NCBI GenBank assembly: GCA_951406725.2
Contig: OX597822.1
Coordinates: 41,292,001 to 41,356,000 of the forward strand
Reading direction: 5' to 3'
Length of the DNA stretch: 64,000 nt
DNA from: Octopus vulgaris
Taxonomy: Eukaryota
The first letter of the stretch is position 1, and every line of letters begins with the position of its first letter. The position numbers and the translations under genes are program-made. Positions 54,620 through 64,000 of this stretch are shown here, in pieces. Under the pieces are notes generated by a model that did no database searches, was not told where the DNA came from, and saw only the letters and a program-made list of their open reading frames with translations.

Positions 54620-55620
54620 AAACAAATATACAAAAACTCAAAAGCTAGAGTAGTGACAGGAAATATGTACAGTGATGGATATGGGATCATAAAATATATA
54701 TTGAGTTGGTAATGAAGTCATATTTAGGCAAGTTCTGCATTTTTCGATAAATTTTCTTTATTCAAACATTGTTGTACAGAAGTTGTTTCTTTGCGCTGGT
54801 AGATGGGGAAAACTGTGAAGTTGGTTGATTTTTACCAGCACATCTCTCTATGTGTTCACTCAAAGGAATCTGTCTGTACTTTGGGAAACGTGTCTGTTCC
54901 TTATGTAGTGTGGTTTACCGTCTAAGTGCCATACATGTCTGTCCTATATAGTTATATCTACAACCTGAGCAAGTTATAACATAAATTAGATTCTCGGGAG
55001 CACAAGTGAAGTTCGTTTTAATTTTGAACCTCCCTTCTTGCTTGAATAGCAATTATGAGCCTTCCAGTAGCTTGGGGCATGTTCCACACTTTTGGACGTC
55101 CACATTTTTTAACCATTAGTTTCGTGGTTGTATAGAGCTTCGCATTTCTCAGAAGTCATTTCAGCGATTTGTGTTGCTTTTTATTTTTGATGAATTTATG
55201 TGCTTTCAGAATGCTGTTCATTTTTGGATCCCTAGTGAACATAGGTAGATTGTGAACAACAATGCTGTATGCTTCATTGTTTCATGGGTTGTGCGTTGAT
55301 ATATACGGTTGTATTTTGAGATGAGATGTGGAGTTAGGTTTTGTTACCTTTAGTGTCTTAATGCCTAATTTCTTGGCATAAAATATGTATGCATGTATAT
55401 ATGTATATATATGTGTGTATGTACATATATGTATATAGGGAGAATTCACAAAAAAAGACGAGGATAGGTGGTGTAGACAACAAACAGATGTATTAATATA
55501 ACGCTCGGGAAGTGAAGAAGTCTTTAACGTTTCGAGCCTACGCTCTTCCACAGAAAGGAACACAGAAAGAAACAAAGAGAGAAAATAAAGAATAAATGTA
55601 GTGGCTAGCGATGTTCATGT
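54620..55620 (-). mobile_element. Penelope-like element remnant: GIY-YIG endonuclease plus terminal-repeat-like segment
   Basis: Minus strand KKCGRP..GTCPKL...NFTCAPENLIYVITCSGCRYNYIGQT...LSEH is a Cys-rich linker plus GIY-YIG. The adjacent 55437-55620 carries a hammerhead-like CTGTGGA-A-GAGC/GCTC-GAAACGTTA. Confidence 0.8.
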
Positions 55621-55924
55621 ATATATTTGTATACGTATGAGATCTACGACTTTGTATATCTGATGTTGTGGGCGTTCGTTCATTTGCGCCCACGAAGCTT
55701 TGATTATTGCAAAACTGGCAAACTCACAAACATCCAATTCCAAATGCTGAGTGCTACTTTCGTTTCTTCACCTAACGACATCCATCTATCTATCTTTCTC
55801 TAGGGGGAGAGAGACAGAGCGGGGGAGGAGGAGAGAGAGAGAAAGGGAGATAGACAGACAGACACACAAACACAGACATAGAGAGCGATAAATAAATAGA
55901 CAGATAGATAGGTAGGTAGATAGC

Positions 55925-55980
<56 letters not shown>

Positions 55981-56034
55981 CAGACACAGAGGGAGAGATA
56001 TACACAGACGCACGTACATAAATATATGTATATG

Positions 56035-56125
<91 letters not shown>

Positions 56126-56302
56126 TCAGGTGACCCGCAAGGGCATTGTGAGCTAGCATGTAGTTAACCAAGTTATAAAAATACTGAAAGTCATAAACAA
56201 AACATAAAATATGATATAGAAATATATCAATCCACTTGGATATAAAACTGTATTTTATAGGGATTAGTATATAATGTATATAATATAATATAATGTAATA
56301 TA

Positions 56303-56343
<41 letters not shown>

Positions 56344-56620
56344 TATTATAATTATTATTATTATTATTATTATTTTATTTATTTATATATATTGTAGAAT
56401 ATAATGTCGAGTGTACATATACGTAAATACGCATTTCTACGTGTATGTACACGCACGCACACACACACACACACATGCACACACACGCGCACACACACAT
56501 ATATATAGGCTATAAAAATGCCAGCTCATATCTCGATGGGTTATAAAGTCTGTGTACAATTTTAAAATGTAACGTTTCATACACATACACACATATAAAT
56601 ACATATATACATATACATAT

Positions 56621-56677
<57 letters not shown>

Positions 56678-56736
56678 CATATATATATATACATGTATGT
56701 ATATTTATACATATATATATATACACATACATATAC

Positions 56737-56838
<102 letters not shown>

Positions 56839-57058
56839 ATATGCATATATGTATATATGTATGTATGTATGTATGCATATTTATATCAAATCAATTTGGA
56901 TACGGACCCTGTAGTAACGCATATATATATATATTACTTTTATATATAAAGATATATATGTGTATATATATATTTATATATGGGTGGTATGTATGTATAT
57001 ATACATATATATATATATGTATGTACATACACTCACACACACACACACGCACACACGC

Positions 57059-57120
<62 letters not shown>

Positions 57121-57392
57121 GAACTGTGCGGATCTTATGATGGCTTTATTAGTGTCAACAACCGATAATACTGTTGTTGTTGCTGTCATAATGCAGACGG
57201 AGGTGGCAATAGTCATGCTGTGATAGGGATGATGTTCATGGTGGTGATGGCGGTGGCGATAACAGTGGATGTAGTAGATATTTTACTTCTAGTTTTGCCT
57301 ACATTAGCCGTAGGGGTGGTAGTGGTTATGGTGCTGGCACTACTACTGCTAATGTAGGCAAAACTAGAGGTAATATCTATAATTGTAAAATA

Positions 57393-57533
57393 ATTCCGCC
57401 GAGGTCGACTTTGCCCATCATCCTTTCGAGGGGTCAATAAATTAAGTACCAGCTGCGTACTGGGTTCGATCTAATCGACTAGCTGCTACCCCGCCCACCC
57501 CCACCAAAAAAATTTCGGGACTTGTGCCTAGAT

Positions 57534-57620
<87 letters not shown>

Positions 57621-57980
57621 TCCGCCGATGTCAACTTTGCCTTTCATCCTTTCCGGGTCGATAAATTAAGTACCAGTCGCGTACTGGGGTCGAACTAATG
57701 GACTAGCCCCTTCCCCCAAAATTTCGGGCCTTGTGCCTAGAGTAAATAATAATAATAATAAAATAAGTACCAGTTGCGTACTGAGGTCGATCTAATCGAC
57801 TAGCACCCTCCCCCAAAATTTTGAGCCTTGTACCTAGAGTAGAAAATAATATCTATAACTGTCGTCGAATTTGCCTTTTATCCTTTCGGAATCGATAAAA
57901 TGGCTATCAATTGAACACTGGGGTCGATATAATGGTTTATCCTTCCCTAAAATTACTGGCTTTGTGCCAAAATTTGAAAA
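57393..57980 (+). mobile_element. Array of 5'-truncated family A SINE fragments in (TAA)n
   Basis: About four partial copies of core and tail separated by TAA runs. Confidence 0.8.
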
Positions 57981-58224
57981 TGATATGTGTTGTAGGTGAG
58001 AATAGGTGACTGGTTACTATCGGCTCGAAGCCGTGTCTTCCTTTATGCGGGCGTTGTTGTCGTTGCCAGGGCTTCCACCGCTAGATCCATCGGGCGCTAT
58101 TGGTGAGTTGGTACAAATGGGAAGGCTTGCGTTCAAGGTATCGGATAGTAACCGCCACTAAGACTATCGGGCAGTGGCCCAGTAGATGGTGAATTCCGGT
58201 GCATTCGGGATCGAGTGTTTTCAT

Positions 58225-58595
58225 CGCAGGAGTGGCAGTGTCGTAAGAAGCTTGCTTCCCCAACCACATGGTTCGGGGTTCAGTCCCACTACGTGACACC
58301 TTGGGCGAGTTTCTTCTACTATAGCATCGGTCCGACCAAAGTCTAGTGAGTGGATCTCGTAGATGGAAACTGAAAGAAGCCCATCGTATATATATATATA
58401 TATATATATATATGTTTGTCCCACACCATCACTTGACAACCGATGTTGGGTCTTTACGTCCCCGTAACTTAGTGGTTCGGCAAAAACCGATCCTGGGACC
58501 AAAAAGGTCCCGGGGTCGATTTCTTCGTCTAAAGGCTGTGCTCCAACCTGGCCGCAGTTAAAATGACTGAAGCAAGTAAAAGAATAAAAGAATGT

Positions 58596-58679
<84 letters not shown>

Positions 58680-58890
58680 TTGTGTGCCTGTTTTCCCCCA
58701 CCACCACCATTGCTTCACAACCGATATCAGTATGTTTACGTCTCCGAAAATGAGTGGTTCGGCAAAATGAGGCCGTTAGAATAGATACTAGGCTTACAAA
58801 GTATAAGTCCAGGGGTCGATTTCTTCAACTAAAAGGCGGTGCTCCAGCATGGCCGTAGTCAAATGACTAAAACAAGTAAACAGAGTAAAA
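58225..58890 (+). mobile_element. SINE family B with a second 3' half in tandem
   Basis: Full copy at 58225-58590, then (GT)n, then another 3' half at 58680-58890. Confidence 0.8.
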
Positions 58891-59390
58891 GACTAACTGC
58901 AGTAGCGTTGGTGCCTTCGCAATATCGTTTTTACTGTTGAACCCTAGGTCAGCCCCAAAATGAGTTCCGATCGTGATCCTATCGATTCTTCTTGCGATGT
59001 AGTGTATCCATGTCTTTATCATATAATCGATCTCTGCATTTTTTAAATTGGTCGGCTGTAATCTGAATGAGATTTGGTTACTATTTCTAGCAGGTCATGT
59101 TGGGGTTACTTTCTGCAGTATTTTACTTATTAAGCTGTGATGCTGTGGCTCCAAACTCAGACTCTCAGTTTTTGATTGTAGTTCATGTTTAATTTATGTT
59201 TTTTTGATTCTCGTCTTGTCCGTTTGCTTCATGGGATGATTTAGTTTGTTTTTGTTGTTCGTTTTTTTGTTATTTCAGTTGTAAAGTTCTCTTTTCGTAT
59301 GTTTGTATGCCGTCTTTCTTTTGACATGAATGTCTTGGACCTTGAGGCTAATTAAAGAAATCACTGTTACTTTTGCTGTTGTCGATAATA

Positions 59391-59440
<50 letters not shown>

Positions 59441-59604
59441 GATGATGATGATGATGAGGAGGAGGAGGAGGAGGAGGAGGAGGAGGGTGTTATTTTTGTC
59501 ATCTAAACATCTTCAAGATTATTACTGCCCAGTTTGAATTACATTGCTCTCATATACATATAGACGTGCATACATATAAACATACTTACATATGTATATA
59601 TATA

Positions 59605-59664
<60 letters not shown>

Positions 59665-59733
59665 TATGTGTGTGTGTATGTATAAATATACATATATATA
59701 TATATATATACTTATATATATATATACACACAT

Positions 59734-59764
<31 letters not shown>

Positions 59765-62569
59765 CACATACGTACATATATACTTATACACACACACACA
59801 CACACACAGACGAACACATATATGACAGTCTGAAAATTTGTATTTTCATACTTAATATCCGAAATAGTCTACTATTGTATTGTTTACTTCTAAATATTTT
59901 TTCCTAGACCAACTGTGGTTATTTTGTAATAATTCTTTATTTCTATCATCTCCCCACCTCCTTTTGTACACACAGTTGGTACATCCTATCTATATCATCT
60001 TTAGAACGGTTAATTCAGAATGTACTTAATCGTTTTCTTCTTTTCTTAATGTAAACACGTCTATTTACTTCGCTTCTAATGTACTGAAGCTTTATGTTAT
60101 AACTTAACTGGTTTCTCTTATCTTATTTCTGATATTTTAATTCAATATTTAATATTTACATCTTGTTGTACTCTTTTCTAATTTTCTCCTTCTTTTCAAC
60201 GGTACATTTCATTAGCTTCATCTGTTCCTTGACATTTTATATGAGTGCGTTTGTTCTAATTGTCTGATGATCGCTGTTCCAGTTTAACAGGCTGAATGCG
60301 GCGTGTGTGTGTGTGTAGAAGGTTTAAGGTGGCTTATTTTATAAGACAACCCTCAAATTTTCCATTTAAAATCAAGGATTTTAGCTATACCCATGGTATA
60401 AGAGCGTGCTCAGCAATATTTCACAAAGATTGGTTGCATATTTTAGATTGCGTTCAATATAAAGGAATTTTACAAAACAGATTCACATGTTTTCAATATG
60501 ATTTGCTGTACGTTGAACTAAACCCAAGACTTGTAACCTACAATTATGGAAAGGTTATCAAGACTATGAATGTTTTTACTTGGACACTTCTGTAAACAGC
60601 CACAGATATGAAAGTCTGGCATTTACTACTGAGAGATGACGAACTCAGTGGTCTTTTAATAGCATTTCAATTATCAATCGAACACAGTCATTGTTATTAA
60701 AATTAGACCAATGTATTTTTCTTATTCCTCAGCTCTTGTAAATGGCGGTTAGTCTGTGTCAGTTTACTTTTTGTGCTGTTATTTTAAGACATGAAAGGCA
60801 AGAAAGTTATTTTAAGGTAAGATAGGCAAGATAAATTTAGTTATTCTTGCAGAGACATCATCGTTTTCAATAAAGCACGCTGTAACAGAAAACACACACG
60901 CAAGTCTTAGCTCATGTGCCGGTATGAAACCAATCTATTTTTCTACTGAGTAGATTTTTACCTTTCTACTGAGTGACTTTTACTCCACTTTATGGTATCC
61001 TGATGAATTATATGACTTGCAAGTAACAAATTCAAGTATATGTTTAGAAAGAACATGTGCTCCTTCAAGTCCTAGAAGAGGAAAAGCTCCACTTTCCTGC
61101 ATTTAAACTGGAATCTTCCAGACAAGATAAATGCTCTACCCAGTGTAACCTAGGATTTTCTTGACAAGAATCCTTCTTGCTCATCCTGAGCGTAGAGCTG
61201 TTGTTTCTGTCTCACTGAGAAACTGCACACATTTCCACAGCTCACTCTAACCCTTAACATGAAAGCTAAACGTTCATACTGCTGCCACCAACAGAGCTCT
61301 CTCTCTCTCTCAGCCAATTTTAAGCCATCAGTTGTTAATATTATTTTTTGCATTTTCTTGAAACTTCTAATTTCACTGGATTTTTAACGGAAGCAGTAGC
61401 TGTTGCTACTATACTTTGCACTAGAATTATTTCAATCCCCTGCAAGTTGCAATAACACTTAACAGTAGCCGAAGTAACTGTTTCCATCACGTGAACTGAA
61501 CAGGCTAATAAAAATGAGCTTCATCTCTTATTTAGTAACTGCAGCTACCTTATCAGTCAGTGTTATCGCCACCGAATTACCGCTGTTTGCGTCTGAGAAA
61601 CTTTCTAGCACAGCAAATCAGAGCCAACTGTCGATACAAATGTATGTATGTGTGTTAGTAAATGTTTATATATATATTCATATGTGTGCATGTGTATACA
61701 TATGTGTATGTGTGTATATATATATTTGTGTGTGTGTGTGTATATACAGACACACTCACAGATATACATACATATACACACATATAAATGTGTGCGTAGA
61801 TTGGTTAAATAGTTTGATGTCTATACTTAACACGCACATAAATGTTTTTGTCGCTTAATTAATACATTTCATTTAATTACTCGAAGAAAATTTATCAGGC
61901 CCAAATGTAATAAATATTTTAATGTGTTTATACAGCGATTAAGAGTGGCGCATGATCACCCATCCATACTGTTTAATGTTCACAGTCTGCATGGGGTAAA
62001 CCACCTAAAATCTGTAGATCTAGCAGAAATCGATCTTAGTATACTTATTTGCGCCTATTTTACATATTTGTTGAATAATCAGTCTTATGTTTTTTATACA
62101 ATTCATGAGGATTATGACGTGGCTAAATGCTTCTAAAATGTATCAATTAAGTTAGTTAATGTGCAATGGTGAAAATGGTGGAGGTGGGCGCTTTCTGCAT
62201 TTCCTGTTGGCTAAAATCAACAAGAATTTGCCTTCGGTTTCATTCTCGACTCTCTGAAAAACTGTATCTTTATGTTTAGTTGGGGTACATTCCAGGTTAT
62301 ATACATATATACATACAGACGTACATACATATATATGTGTATGTGTATGTGTGTATATGCACACGCATATATATATGAATGTGTAACACATAAGTATGTA
62401 TTTACGTAGGCATGTATTTATGTATGATTGTATGCTCATATGTATGTACGTAGGCAGATAGGTAGGGTAGCTGCGTAGGTATGTATGTATGCAGGTTAAT
62501 TCAAGAGTTAGGAAATATGTAGATGTATATATATGTGTGTGTGTGCGTGTGAGTATGTGTGTTATATTT

Positions 62570-62780
62570 CTCTTTTATTTGTTTCAGTCATTTGACTGTG
62601 GCCATGCTAGAACACCGCCTTTAGTCGAGAAAATTGACTCCAAGACTTATTCTTTGTAAGTTTAGTACTTATTCTATCGGTCTCTTTTGCCGAACCGCTA
62701 GGTTACGGGGACGTAAACACATCAGCATCGGTTGTCAAGCGATGTTGGGGGGACAAATACAGACACACAAACACACACAC

Positions 62781-62847
<67 letters not shown>

Positions 62848-62990
62848 AATACGACGGGCTTCTTTCAGTTTCCGTCTACCAAATCCAATCACAAGGCTTT
62901 GATCGATCGAAGGTTTTGGTAGAAGACATTTGCCCAAAACCCGAAACCATGTAGTTGGCAAGCAAGCTACTTACCACACAGCCACTCCTG
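62570..62990 (-). mobile_element. SINE family B
   Basis: Reverse complement of family B with internal (TA)n. Confidence 0.85.
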
Positions 62991-63214
62991 TATATATGCA
63001 ATGTTTAACGATATACATAAAAGTATGTATGTATGTATGTATGTATGTATGTATGTATGTATGTATGTATGTATGTATGTATGTATGAGTGCGTGTGTGT
63101 ATCCTGAAGTGGTATAAAAAATTCCAGTTTGTATTTTGTTACAGTTTTGTTTTTGTACATTTTAAATACTATCTTTGATATTTCGTTATAAATATGCCAT
63201 TATACAAACGTGTA

Positions 63215-63267
<53 letters not shown>

Positions 63268-64000
63268 ATACACACACATACACACATACACACATACACA
63301 CATACACACGCATATGAACAAACTTAAGACTTATTCAATTATATCTGAAAGATACTTGAACTCGTAAAAATGCTTTTCTCTGCAGTTTTGCATGAAAAAA
63401 CATTCTCGCCCAAGACAAAAAAACTATCAAAATACTATAGAAAACTTAGACATATTATTGGATTGCTGGATGCCTTTTGAACCCTTTATTTCTCTTCAGT
63501 ACCTGATACCGAAGATAAGTAACTCTGACCTCACTAGGAAACTACTATTTCTCTTCTCAACTAATTCTTGACAAGCAACAAACTATCCGAAACGTCACCT
63601 TTTCTTCCTTCTTTTTTCACATCATAATAGATTGTCTTTGATATTGCTATACCTTTATATTATAAATTGTTTTATAGTACAGTTCTCTCAAAATGCCGTT
63701 CAGCGCTAACGAACACAGAACCACGTGGTTGAGAAGCAGAATTCTTTATGACAAAAACTTTTATTACTATATTATAATAACAATGTTTGTAAACATTAAA
63801 GTTGTTGCATACAAGTTTCCAACTAGGTAATTGCCGTTCCACTGCATATACGATGACGACAGTTAAGATTGATTTAAACTGGGCGGAACAATCATCACAC
63901 ACTCGAAAGGGCCATTTTCGGATTTTCTCACCGATGTTTACAGCTTTTGCCTATCAACATCAGAGGACGACACATACTCTTACATGCATACAGACACATA

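Noticed and set aside
60600-61640. Non-repetitive stretch, possibly decayed transposase or BAMBI exon 1
   Set aside because: No recognisable motif, sustained frame, or ATG-signal-donor combination found.

Overview
Eukaryotic, AT-rich, microsatellite-dense genomic DNA. The SINE families and repeat landscape suggest a coleoid cephalopod, probably Octopus (inference). One real protein-coding gene is supported: a minus-strand BAMBI-like pseudoreceptor. Exon 9232-8957 encodes a 10-Cys activin-receptor-type ectodomain; exon 6520-5991 encodes the TM helix and a kinase-less tail. Its signal-peptide exon is not confidently found, so most of 9.2-64 kb may be intron or upstream DNA. The rest is three tRNA-derived SINE families, decayed mariner/Tc1, hAT and Helentron-like elements, remnants of RTE, CR1/L2-like and R4/Dong-like LINEs, two Penelope-like GIY-YIG remnants, a 47-bp minisatellite and simple repeats. 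Almost all listed ORFs are microsatellite artefacts. The most unusual signals are (i) a recurring set of foldback elements centred on intact or decayed minimal hammerhead-ribozyme motifs, including a spacer-less perfect 210-bp palindrome, and (ii) a hairpin at 2750-2828 with pri-miRNA-like geometry and a correctly placed CNNC motif. All alignments, folds and family assignments were made by eye.
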